Below, one piece after another: positions 18,261 through 25,966 of a stretch of 43,163 nt of DNA. This DNA is from a virus, in IMG/VR virus record IMGVR_UViG_3300045988_109965, positions 1-43,163 of that record; one strand, written 5' to 3'. The first letter of the stretch is position 1. The number at the start of each line of letters is the position of its first letter. The translations under genes were made by a program, and so were the position numbers. The notes below the pieces were generated by a model. That model made no database searches. It worked only from the letters and a program-made list of their open reading frames with translations, and was not told the origin of the DNA.

Positions 18261-21200
18261 ATGGCAAGTGAATTTCTTCGGAGAAAGGCAGAGGCGTCTC
18301 GGCGGGAAATCGATCAGGAATATGGGCCTTCGTATTATGGCGGGAGTGAATACGTGTCCCAGCTTCCTGCGGCTGAAAACCGAGGCGGGTTTTCTCAAGG
18401 GAGCGGCGCGGGGCGCGCTCCGGCGCAGCGGACGGTAAAATCCGCGCCGCCCGCCGCGCTGCCTGAGAGCAAGGGGAAAGCCCTGACCCTGCCCAAAGCG
18501 GGAGAGAGGGGCTTCCTGGCGGGTGGGGTGAGCGTGGAGGGCTCCCCGTTCCTGTATGGTAGCGAGCGGGCGGCCGCCGCCCTGCTCGGTGCAGGTGAGG
18601 GCGTTACGGACTTCATCGGCAGCGGCTTCTATAAGGGAGTGCAAGGGATTAGTTCTCTTGGTGGCCTGGCTCCCAATCCGGTATCGGAGTGGGCCGGGCG
18701 GAACGCCGACGCCTTCCTGGAGAACAGCGTCACGCGGGACTATGAGGAGAGCATCCGTGAGCGATACCGCCCCAGTCAGGGGGCGGAGAATGTAACTGGC
18801 ATCGGACAGGCCATCGTGCAGATGCTCCCCGGTATCGGCGCGTCCAAGGCCGTGTCCGCAGCAGGGAAGGGGCTCAACGCCGCCCAGGCGATTTCCCGCG
18901 GGGAGAACGTGGGCCGGGCGCTGTTCGGCCTCCAGGCGGCGGGCAACGCGGCCAGCCAGGCCAAAGCGGAGGGGGCGACATCCGGGCAGGCCCTGGCCTT
19001 CGGCGCGGCCTCCGGGGCCCTGGAGACCGCCATTGAGGGCATCGCGGGCGGCATCCCCGGCCTGGGCGGCGGCAAGGTGGAGCAGATTGCCGAGGCAGTC
19101 AAGGCCAGCCCCCTGGTCAGCCGGGCCCTGGGTATTGCGGGCGAGGGCGGCGAGGAGGCCCTTTCCACCGCCCTCACACCCTATTTGCAACGGGCCATTT
19201 ATGACCCGGACGCCCCCAACGCCACGCTGGGAGAGATCGGGCAGAGTGCGCTCATGGGCGCGGTGGCCGCCGGAGTGCTCCAGGGCGGCCTGGAGCTGCC
19301 GGGGGCGATTTCCAATGCGGCATCCGACATCAGAACCACCCGGAGGGCTATCGGGAGCAACGAGGACATTGCCCGGAGAGCCACCGCCAATATCCAGGCA
19401 GGCCAGAACATGGCCCGGTACGCCAGCGGCAATCCGCTGGCCGTTACCTTACCGACGGCCGAAGAAGCCAAAAGCGGCCTCTTTCTGCCCGGCTCCCCCG
19501 CCTACCAGCGCAGCGCCGTTGACAATCCAGCCGGGGCGGGCTATGATGGAGGCACACAAAATATTCGGACAGGAGGCGTGAATGATGGCGGAGGAGAAGC
19601 GACAGCTCGCGAACTTCAAGGAGTTTATGCAACAGATGTACGGGGCGGAGGTCAGAGAACTTACACTGGAGGAGAAAGAGCATCTTCACAAACTGATGGA
19701 AGAGAGAACCGAGAAACGGCTGAATGGGCAGACGGAGGCGTAACGCATGAGCGAAGACAAGCATCTGACCTGGGAACAGGTCGTGGAGGGACTATACGGC
19801 TTCAAGCCGAAGAAGCGGGTATACACGGCGGAAGAGATGGACAGATACCGGAAACGGCTGGAGCAGTATACCGTGGAGAAAGCGGCGCAGCGGGGCAAGC
19901 AAGAATCGGAGAATGGGCCAGGGGGCACATAGTCGAAAACCCTTCTTCACCTGCTGTAAATCGTGCGCTTGGACAGGCAAAAGCCTATACACCTGATGCG
20001 GTTGTTGTAGAGGATAGTGTCATAAAAGCACACAGGCCGAATACGCTCGGACTTACATCGGATGGAGTAATTTATCTTTCGGATGCCATCCCGGAGGAGT
20101 TGTCCGCCGTTGTCCCTAACCACGAGATTATCCATGCACTAAAACAGCGCGGCAATGAAGCTTACCGCAGCTTTGTGGATACGGTAGGTGAACGTATAGC
20201 ATATACAGGAGATCCGACTGGGGTTCTGGACGTTGTAATTGAAAGCAGATATCCAGGAAAGACATTGTTTGATCTGTCCATGGAAGAGCTGGACACCGTT
20301 TATGACGAACTCAATGCCCTGGTCTGGGGCTACTACAAAGCAGATCCGGAGAACGCGCGGGCACAGTTCGCCGGAGTGTTCCAGGATTACGATGCGTACA
20401 TCCAAGAGCTGGATACTATCATGGAGGGTGCGAGGCAGCCGGTGGAGAACCAGACCGGCGCCGGGCCGACCCAGGCGCAGGGCCCGGAGAGCTCGGTGGG
20501 CGCGCCTGCTTACCGGGATGTGGCGGACAACCCGCTCACCACAATGCTCCCCACCGGGGAAGAGGCGCTGGCCGGGAAGCGGGCCTATCTGCCCGGCTCT
20601 CGGGAGTACCGAGGGACAGCATCGGAAGGGACAAAAAAGACCGCCCCCACGGAGGAGGCGGTGAATGAAAACGGACTGACCTCTCTGACTGAACGGGAAC
20701 GGATCAATCTGTCCAGCGGGAAAAAGAATAAAATTGTTTCCACATTTAAGGATGCAGTTTCGTTTGTGAAAAATGCGCTTATAAACAAGCAAAATACAGA
20801 CCGCGCCTATCTTGGTAGAGTCCCAGATCCTGTCGCACAGAAAATCCATGAAGATACTGGCTTGGATTTGAAAGGGTTTGGCGTCATGATGAATGGCGAT
20901 GATGTCCGTCACATTATGAAAAACCACGGAGATGCAGCGACAGAACGAAGTAGAGGACAAATCGCAATTACTCCGAACGACATTGCGAGAATCCCAGAAA
21001 TTTTAGCGTCCCCTGACCGCATATATACTTCCGAGGAAATGGATGGCAAAGGAAGGACTGCGATCATATTTGAAAAACAGATGGGCGATTACTACATTAC
21101 AATTCAGGGAATATCGGACGGAAAACAGCTCCTGCAAACTGACACATTATACAAAAGAAGAACTCGCACGACACGGGACACAATGCTCGAGACCCAAGAG

Positions 21201-24005
21201 GGTCTCGCCCCTGTGATTAACGCCCAAGGCGAACCGCCGCAAAGTTCTTCTAATATTAGTATACTCCCTGGCGGGCAGGATGTCAACCTACAGCAGGGCG
21301 ATCGCGGTGAAACACAGGATACGCCCAGGGAGGGGCCTGGGCCTGCCTTTGAGACAGGCCCGGAGAGCTCGGTGGGCGCGGCGCGGAAGGGCTTCGACCC
21401 ATGGTCGGAGTTCCAGGGCACCAGGAGCGAGTTCTTCCCCGAAGGGGCCAACGCGGCCCGTCCGGTGGACGTGCCGACCACAGATCCTCAGGGCCGCCGC
21501 ATCCGCAAGACCGCCTCCACCGCCATGGGTGCAAAAGCCATCCCTGACGAGGTGGTGGGGGACATCCAGAACATGGTGCTGCGCGGGGAGTTGTCCTATG
21601 ACCGCCGGAGCGACCTGGCTTCCACTGACCGGGCGGTGCGGACGATTGAGGAGAAGGGCTATCAAAGGGCGCTGGAGGAGTTTTCTGCCCAGGTACGCAA
21701 GGGCGTCGTGTCCAAAGACATCGCTACCCTGGGCCAGCAGCTCCTTATCAACGCCGCCAACGCGGGAGACGGGAAGGCCACGGCGGAGTTGCTTTCCCTC
21801 TACGCGCAGATGGAGACCACCGCCGGGCAGGCGGTACAGGCGGCCTCCATCCTGCGCAAGCTGGCTCCCAGTGACCAGCTCTACGCCGCCAAGCGCGTGG
21901 TGAGCGAGCTCGAAAAGACCATCCAGAAAAACTACAAGGATTTGGATATCACCATTGACCCGTCGTTGATTGAGGAGTTCAACCAGCAGACCGCCCAGGC
22001 GGGCCGGGACGAGGTGCTGGACAAAATCTATCAGAACGTGGCTGACCAGGTGCCCGCCAAATGGAAGGATAAGTGGAACGCCTGGCGGTATATGGCGATG
22101 CTCTTTAACCCAAGGACGCACATCCGAAACATCGTGGGCAACGTCGGATTCCAGCCGCTGCGCTGGACAAAGGACCGGGTGGCGGCAACCATCGAGGCGG
22201 GGGTCTCCAAGGTCAGTGGCGGAAGGCTGGGACGCACCAAGTCGTTCGCGGCCAATCCCGCGCTCTATAAGGCTGCGTGGGCCGATTGGGCAAACGCGCA
22301 GGACGTGCTTTCCGGGAACAAGTATGACGACATTCGAACGGAAATCAACAGCCGCCGCCGTATTTTCCGAACCGCCCCTCTGGAGGCGGGCCGCAAGATA
22401 AACTCCTGGGCCCTGGAGGCGGAGGACGCCATTTTCAAGCGTATCACCTACGCCGACGCTTTGGCCGGCTATCTCCAATCCAACGGCGTGACAGCGGAGC
22501 AGATGCGGAACAACACGGTGGACGCACAGATTCTCAGCCGGGCGCGGGACTACGCGGGACGGGAGGCGCTGAAAGCCACCTATCAGGATCGGAATATGGT
22601 ATCGGATAAGGTGGTGCAGATCGCCCGCGCCCTAGGGCCCGCCGGTGAGGCCGTACTGCCCTTCAAGCGCACCCCGGCCAATATCCTGGTGCGGGGCATG
22701 GAGTACAGCCCGGCCGGGCTGGCAAAGGCCCTGACCTACGATCTGATACAGGTAAAGCGCGGCGGGATGACGGGAGCGGAGGCCATCGACCACATCGCCT
22801 CCGGACTCACCGGCTCGGGGCTCATGGCGCTGGGCGCGTACCTGTTCGCCCAGGGGATTGTCACCAGCGGCGGCGGGGACGACGAGGGGCAGGACGCCAT
22901 CAACGACCTGACGGGCGTACAGAATTACGCGCTGAACCTGCCCGGCGGCGGGAATGTCACGCTGGACTGGCTGGCCCCGGAGGCCCTGCCCTTCTTCATG
23001 GGCGTGGAGCTGATGGACTCCATGGGACAGGGGGGAAACACGGCGGAGAGCATTTCCACCGCCCTGAAGTCCATCTCCGACCCCATGCTGGAGCTGTCCA
23101 TGCTCCAGTCCCTCAACGATGTAATTGACAGTGTTTCTTTCTCGGAGAACAAGCTGGGGGCGTTGGTCTCCTCCGCGCTGGTCAGCTACTTCACGCAGCC
23201 AATCCCCACCTTTGGCGGACAGATTGAGCGCTCCGCCGAGGACGTGCGCATGACCACCTACACCGACAAGAACCTGCGGCTGCCAACCGATCTCCAGTAT
23301 GCCATTGGCCGGGCCAGCGCCAGGATACCCGGATGGGACTACCAGCAGATGCCCTACATCGACGCATGGGGCAGGGAGGACAGCAGCGGGCCCCTCTGGC
23401 TGCGCATGGCAAACAATTTCCTCAATCCGGCCTATACCTCCAACAAGCAGGTGACGTCGGTGGACGAGGAGATACAGATGATTTATGACCAGACGGGAGA
23501 CAAGACCGTTGTACCAAGCCGCCCGGAACGCTACATCACCGTGGACGGGGAGCGGATTGACCTAAGCAAGGAGAAATACGAGCAGTACGCCACCAAGCGG
23601 GGGCAGATGCAGTTTGAAATGCTGGGGAACATCATAGACAACCCGACGTACCGGAGCATGAGCGATACCGATAAGGCGTTTGTAATTGACAGCGTTTATG
23701 AGTATGCGGACAAGACCACAAAGTCTGAGATCAGCAGCTACAGGCTGGACGGATGGGTAAAAACGGCTGCGCAGAGCGACCTATCCCCGGAAGATTACAT
23801 TTTGTTCCGTGCGGCCACTGTGGACATTGAGGGCGACAAGGACGAGAATGGAAAAACCATACCGGGCTCTAAAAAGAAAAAAGTTCTCAATGTGATCGAC
23901 CAGATGAATGTAAGCGACGAGGTGAAGGATAAATACTATTACGCGGCGGGATACGATGAGGACACCATCAGCGATGCCCCATGGCACGGCTGGGGCTGGT
24001 GGTAA
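18261..24005 (+). CDS. Giant polyvalent-like virion protein (1914 aa). Has a Gly/Ala-rich hydrophobic N-terminal region, an HExxH metallopeptidase-like module, a PBECR-like nuclease module and a large C-terminal region.
   Basis: A single open frame. VVPNHEIIHALKQRG at ~20113-20157. GDDVRHIMKNHGDAATERSRGQIAITPNDIARIPEIL at ~20896-21006. The linker GPESSVGA is repeated. Gene model caveats are given in the findings. Confidence 0.65.
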   Translation: MASEFLRRKAEASRREIDQEYGPSYYGGSEYVSQLPAAENRGGFSQGSGAGRAPAQRTVKSAPPAALPESKGKALTLPKAGERGFLAGGVSVEGSPFLYGSERAAAALLGAGEGVTDFIGSGFYKGVQGISSLGGLAPNPVSEWAGRNADAFLENSVTRDYEESIRERYRPSQGAENVTGIGQAIVQMLPGIGASKAVSAAGKGLNAAQAISRGENVGRALFGLQAAGNAASQAKAEGATSGQALAFGAASGALETAIEGIAGGIPGLGGGKVEQIAEAVKASPLVSRALGIAGEGGEEALSTALTPYLQRAIYDPDAPNATLGEIGQSALMGAVAAGVLQGGLELPGAISNAASDIRTTRRAIGSNEDIARRATANIQAGQNMARYASGNPLAVTLPTAEEAKSGLFLPGSPAYQRSAVDNPAGAGYDGGTQNIRTGGVNDGGGEATARELQGVYATDVRGGGQRTYTGGERASSQTDGRENRETAEWADGGVTHERRQASDLGTGRGGTIRLQAEEAGIHGGRDGQIPETAGAVYRGESGAAGQARIGEWARGHIVENPSSPAVNRALGQAKAYTPDAVVVEDSVIKAHRPNTLGLTSDGVIYLSDAIPEELSAVVPNHEIIHALKQRGNEAYRSFVDTVGERIAYTGDPTGVLDVVIESRYPGKTLFDLSMEELDTVYDELNALVWGYYKADPENARAQFAGVFQDYDAYIQELDTIMEGARQPVENQTGAGPTQAQGPESSVGAPAYRDVADNPLTTMLPTGEEALAGKRAYLPGSREYRGTASEGTKKTAPTEEAVNENGLTSLTERERINLSSGKKNKIVSTFKDAVSFVKNALINKQNTDRAYLGRVPDPVAQKIHEDTGLDLKGFGVMMNGDDVRHIMKNHGDAATERSRGQIAITPNDIARIPEILASPDRIYTSEEMDGKGRTAIIFEKQMGDYYITIQGISDGKQLLQTDTLYKRRTRTTRDTMLETQEGLAPVINAQGEPPQSSSNISILPGGQDVNLQQGDRGETQDTPREGPGPAFETGPESSVGAARKGFDPWSEFQGTRSEFFPEGANAARPVDVPTTDPQGRRIRKTASTAMGAKAIPDEVVGDIQNMVLRGELSYDRRSDLASTDRAVRTIEEKGYQRALEEFSAQVRKGVVSKDIATLGQQLLINAANAGDGKATAELLSLYAQMETTAGQAVQAASILRKLAPSDQLYAAKRVVSELEKTIQKNYKDLDITIDPSLIEEFNQQTAQAGRDEVLDKIYQNVADQVPAKWKDKWNAWRYMAMLFNPRTHIRNIVGNVGFQPLRWTKDRVAATIEAGVSKVSGGRLGRTKSFAANPALYKAAWADWANAQDVLSGNKYDDIRTEINSRRRIFRTAPLEAGRKINSWALEAEDAIFKRITYADALAGYLQSNGVTAEQMRNNTVDAQILSRARDYAGREALKATYQDRNMVSDKVVQIARALGPAGEAVLPFKRTPANILVRGMEYSPAGLAKALTYDLIQVKRGGMTGAEAIDHIASGLTGSGLMALGAYLFAQGIVTSGGGDDEGQDAINDLTGVQNYALNLPGGGNVTLDWLAPEALPFFMGVELMDSMGQGGNTAESISTALKSISDPMLELSMLQSLNDVIDSVSFSENKLGALVSSALVSYFTQPIPTFGGQIERSAEDVRMTTYTDKNLRLPTDLQYAIGRASARIPGWDYQQMPYIDAWGREDSSGPLWLRMANNFLNPAYTSNKQVTSVDEEIQMIYDQTGDKTVVPSRPERYITVDGERIDLSKEKYEQYATKRGQMQFEMLGNIIDNPTYRSMSDTDKAFVIDSVYEYADKTTKSEISSYRLDGWVKTAAQSDLSPEDYILFRAATVDIEGDKDENGKTIPGSKKKKVLNVIDQMNVSDEVKDKYYYAAGYDEDTISDAPWHGWGWW
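19582..19743 (+). CDS. Nested +1-frame ORF A (53 aa) inside the giant gene
   Basis: AGGAGG lies 5 nt upstream of the ATG. Helical-looking peptide MMAEEKRQLANFKEFMQQMYGAEVRELTLEEKEHLHKLMEERTEK. Third-position GC is high in this frame and low in the giant frame. Confidence 0.35.
   Translation: MMAEEKRQLANFKEFMQQMYGAEVRELTLEEKEHLHKLMEERTEKRLNGQTEA
19747..19932 (+). CDS. Nested +1-frame ORF B (61 aa) inside the giant gene
   Basis: GGAGG lies 8 nt upstream of the ATG. Peptide MSEDKHLTWEQVVEGLYGFKPKKRVYTAEEMDRYRKRLEQYTVEKAAQRGK. Ends just after a G5 run (19921-19925). Confidence 0.35.
   Translation: MSEDKHLTWEQVVEGLYGFKPKKRVYTAEEMDRYRKRLEQYTVEKAAQRGKQESENGPGGT
20481..20504 (+). repeat. 24-bp perfect direct repeat, copy 1 (encodes GPESSVGA)
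   Basis: ggcccggagagctcggtgggcgcg, identical to 21357-21380. Confidence 0.9.
21357..21380 (+). repeat. 24-bp perfect direct repeat, copy 2
   Basis: Identical to 20481-20504. The pair brackets the PBECR-like module. Confidence 0.9.
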
Positions 24006-24052
24006 AGATCCACATCTGATGTTCTGTGAGATTGTAAAACATATGCGTGCTT

Positions 24053-24105
24053 GGGTGGGCAAACTTGTTGCGGGATACAGCAGGAGAGCCCACCTTTTTA
24101 TTTTT
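24053..24105 (+). terminator. Putative terminator after the giant gene
   Basis: ggtgggc...gcccacc forms a 7-bp stem with a large loop, followed by TTTTTATTTTT. Confidence 0.45.
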
Positions 24106-24193
24106 GTGTTAAAAGGCAATAGACAAACTGGAATGTTTTGTTGTAAGATAATAAACAACAAGCAGAAAAGAGCCAGTTTAGAAAAAGTGCCGG

Positions 24194-24730
24194 GTGTTTG
24201 TAGTGGACAGACTTTTGATTAAAAGAGTTCAGGCGGAGCCTGACCTGGAGGGCTTCAACTGCGGAAATGGGAGCATCAACAAAAAGATTAGAGACGGATA
24301 TTATTTGTCGTTATTAAAACAGGCGTATGCTTATGAGATCTGTATAGAGGATGCCGTAATCGGGCATTATAGGGTCAGTATTGCGACTTTCGATTATGAA
24401 GATGAAGATTATAATGTAGATTCTGTTGAGAACAAGTATTCTGCGGTTAAAGTTGACTATCTGGCGATTGATTTAAAATATCAAAATCGCGGTAATGGAA
24501 CGGCTGTATTAGAATATATTACCAAATGGGCGAATAAATATAGCACGTCGATACCTATTCGATTTTTGGCATTGGACGCATTGAGAGAAAAGGTCTCTTG
24601 GTATCAGAATCGGGGCTTTAAAGTGTACGAAGATGCAGAGTTGAACAGGAATACGGAAACAGTTGCTATGTACATGGATTTTTGCGACGCAGAAACGCTT
24701 AAAGCGTACTGTGACAGCTTGCTCGATTGA
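24194..24730 (+). CDS. GNAT-family acetyltransferase, TacT/AtaT/KacT toxin-like
   Basis: LEGFNCGN near the N-terminus, VDYLAIDLKYQNRGNGTAVLEYI as the acetyl-CoA loop, and WYQNRGFKV. No ATG is available; the GTG start has a weak SD, so the start is uncertain. Confidence 0.7.
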   Translation: MFVVDRLLIKRVQAEPDLEGFNCGNGSINKKIRDGYYLSLLKQAYAYEICIEDAVIGHYRVSIATFDYEDEDYNVDSVENKYSAVKVDYLAIDLKYQNRGNGTAVLEYITKWANKYSTSIPIRFLALDALREKVSWYQNRGFKVYEDAELNRNTETVAMYMDFCDAETLKAYCDSLLD

Positions 24731-24750
24731 AGTGAAAAGGAGGGAATGGT

Positions 24751-25131
24751 ATGCCGTTCTATGAAAGCGGAAAGATTGTGCTAAACCGGAATGAGAGCGA
24801 GTGTTTCCGTAAGCAGCTTAAAGCTCCAGACCCGGTTGCAGCCACCCGCAGAGATGCCTTTTTACAGGAAATCGACAGAATGCTTTCTATAGAAGAAACA
24901 GAAGAAGGCGTAATTCTCAGTCCTGTGGTGCCTGAGAAATCGGTATTTACTGACATATATTCTCCTTGTTCCAGGGAGTGTTCTCTCCCTTACAGGGGCA
25001 TAGCTAGGCTCAAACCGATTGAGTACTTTCCGCTGCACAGTGAGAGATGGAGCGGGAAACGGGACTTCTATTCGGAACAATGCCCTGCAAACCTCTCGTA
25101 TCATGAGGCGGAGTTTCAAGATTGTGCATAA
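24751..25131 (+). CDS. Hypothetical 126-aa protein; candidate antitoxin with a C-terminal extension
   Basis: Strong SD AAGGAGGG. The N-terminal IVLNRNESECFRKQLKAPDPVAATRRDAF resembles the toxin-binding tail of DUF1778 antitoxins (from memory). No RHH or HTH is visible. Confidence 0.4.
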   Translation: MPFYESGKIVLNRNESECFRKQLKAPDPVAATRRDAFLQEIDRMLSIEETEEGVILSPVVPEKSVFTDIYSPCSRECSLPYRGIARLKPIEYFPLHSERWSGKRDFYSEQCPANLSYHEAEFQDCA

Positions 25132-25149
25132 AACTGAGGTGAAAGACAT

Positions 25150-25560
25150 ATGCAGTCGAGCGCATTTCAATTTAAGACTCCAGTGATGAGAAAGGCAGTC
25201 TTTCAAGTAAACGAAGGATTTCAAAATGAGGACGGAGGAATCGAGATGCCCGCCAGCATCAGTACACGAAGGTGTGTAGACGATGATGCCTCGACTGCCT
25301 ATGTAGAAATAGAAGTGTTAGTGGGAGAAAAGACAAAAAAGTATCCCTTTTATGCAGCAGTCTCATATGGAGCTGATTTCAGATGGAAACCTGGGACTTT
25401 TGATGGGGAAAGGCTAGAACGCCTGTTATCACAGAACGCCCCGGCATTGTTGCTAGGATATGTACGGGTGGCAATTGCTACGCTCACCAATTTTTCTCCT
25501 TATCCTTCCTACAATTTACCATTTGTTGATCTCACAAAAGAAATGCAGCAGAACTCTTGA
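25150..25560 (+). CDS. SecB-like chaperone
   Basis: 136 aa with SD GAGGTGA. FQFKTPVMRKAVFQV plus NAPALLLGYVRVAIATLTNFSPYPSYNLPFVDL parallels E. coli SecB FQIQRIYTKDISFE and [32 protein letters not shown]. Confidence 0.55.
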   Translation: MQSSAFQFKTPVMRKAVFQVNEGFQNEDGGIEMPASISTRRCVDDDASTAYVEIEVLVGEKTKKYPFYAAVSYGADFRWKPGTFDGERLERLLSQNAPALLLGYVRVAIATLTNFSPYPSYNLPFVDLTKEMQQNS

Positions 25561-25690
25561 GCACAAAAGGGCCGTTGTTGTATATTTAGGCAATATCCTG
25601 CTTTAAGTCATTATATTTCGTAGTTCTAATAGTAAGAGTACGGCTTGAAAATATACCCGGGCTAGAACGGGATTGATAAAGCCGACAAGA

Positions 25691-25728
25691 AGAGCACCGC
25701 CCTATTAAGGGGCGGTGTTCTCTTATCT
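25691..25728 (+). terminator. Terminator after the three-gene cassette
   Basis: agagcaccgccc / tattaag / gggcggtgttct gives a 12-bp stem with one G-T pair, followed by a T-rich tail. Confidence 0.6.
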
Positions 25729-25746
25729 ATGTCATTTGAAAATCCG

Positions 25747-25771
25747 TTAGCATTTTTGTTAGCATTTTCTT
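25747..25771. repeat. 25-bp direct repeat, copy 1 (two TTAGCATTTT units); candidate integrase arm-type site
   Basis: ttagcatttttgttagcattttctt, identical to 25977-26001. Confidence 0.8.
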
Positions 25772-25844
25772 TTTCAAAAGGGTATTTTTAAGTATCTGAC
25801 TTGTTATCGTAGCTCTCATTTATGAAACTTCAAAAACACCTGCA

Positions 25845-25899
25845 AACCATTGAAAAATAAAGAAAAACTCCGAAACCCTTATCACTAAAGGCTTCGGAG
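25845..25899 (-). terminator. Minus-strand terminator directly after the tRNA 3-prime fragment
   Basis: On the minus strand, ctccgaa...ttcggag forms a 7-bp stem followed by TTTTTCTTTATTTTTC. Confidence 0.6.
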
Positions 25900-25902
25900 C
25901 TT

Positions 25903-25930
25903 TGGCAGCGGGTGAAGGATTCGAACCCCC
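25903..25930 (-). other. tRNA 3-prime-end fragment (T-loop, T-stem, acceptor arm, CCA); putative attP core
   Basis: The minus strand reads gggggTTCGAATccttcACCCGCTgCCA. No matching 5-prime acceptor, D arm or anticodon arm lies upstream. It is adjacent to the integrase gene. Confidence 0.65.
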
Positions 25931-25966
25931 GTATAAATCGTTAAAACCATTGTGCCACAATGATGC

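Noticed and set aside
16785-19190. Very long antisense ORFs. The 801-aa ORF here is one. Others are 7099-9084, 11213-13039, 15079-16824, 3884-5290, 21288-22478, 2014-3189 and 5683-6810.
   Set aside because: Their composition is Arg/Gly/Pro/Leu/His-rich. They have no SD-led starts. Each lies opposite an ORF with recognisable phage motifs. They are typical shadow frames of a GC-rich genome with G/C-rich third codon positions.
18261-24005. The giant ORF considered as a tape measure protein.
   Set aside because: It has Gly/Ala-rich hydrophobic segments like a tape measure. However, no tube gene or tail-chaperone pair accompanies it, and it contains enzyme-like modules (HExxH and PBECR-like). It is therefore called polyvalent/ejection-like, and this remains unverified.
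23956-24222. An 88-aa ORF upstream of the GNAT gene considered as the canonical upstream antitoxin.
   Set aside because: It starts inside the giant gene, runs through the terminator hairpin and T-run, has no SD, and has an implausible composition.
25747-25771. The TAGCA core shared between the att-flanking repeats (TTAGCATTTT) and the replication iterons (TAGCAAA), considered as one binding-site family.
   Set aside because: Only 5 nt are shared. The flanks and the phasing differ (12 nt against 10 nt). It is most likely coincidence.
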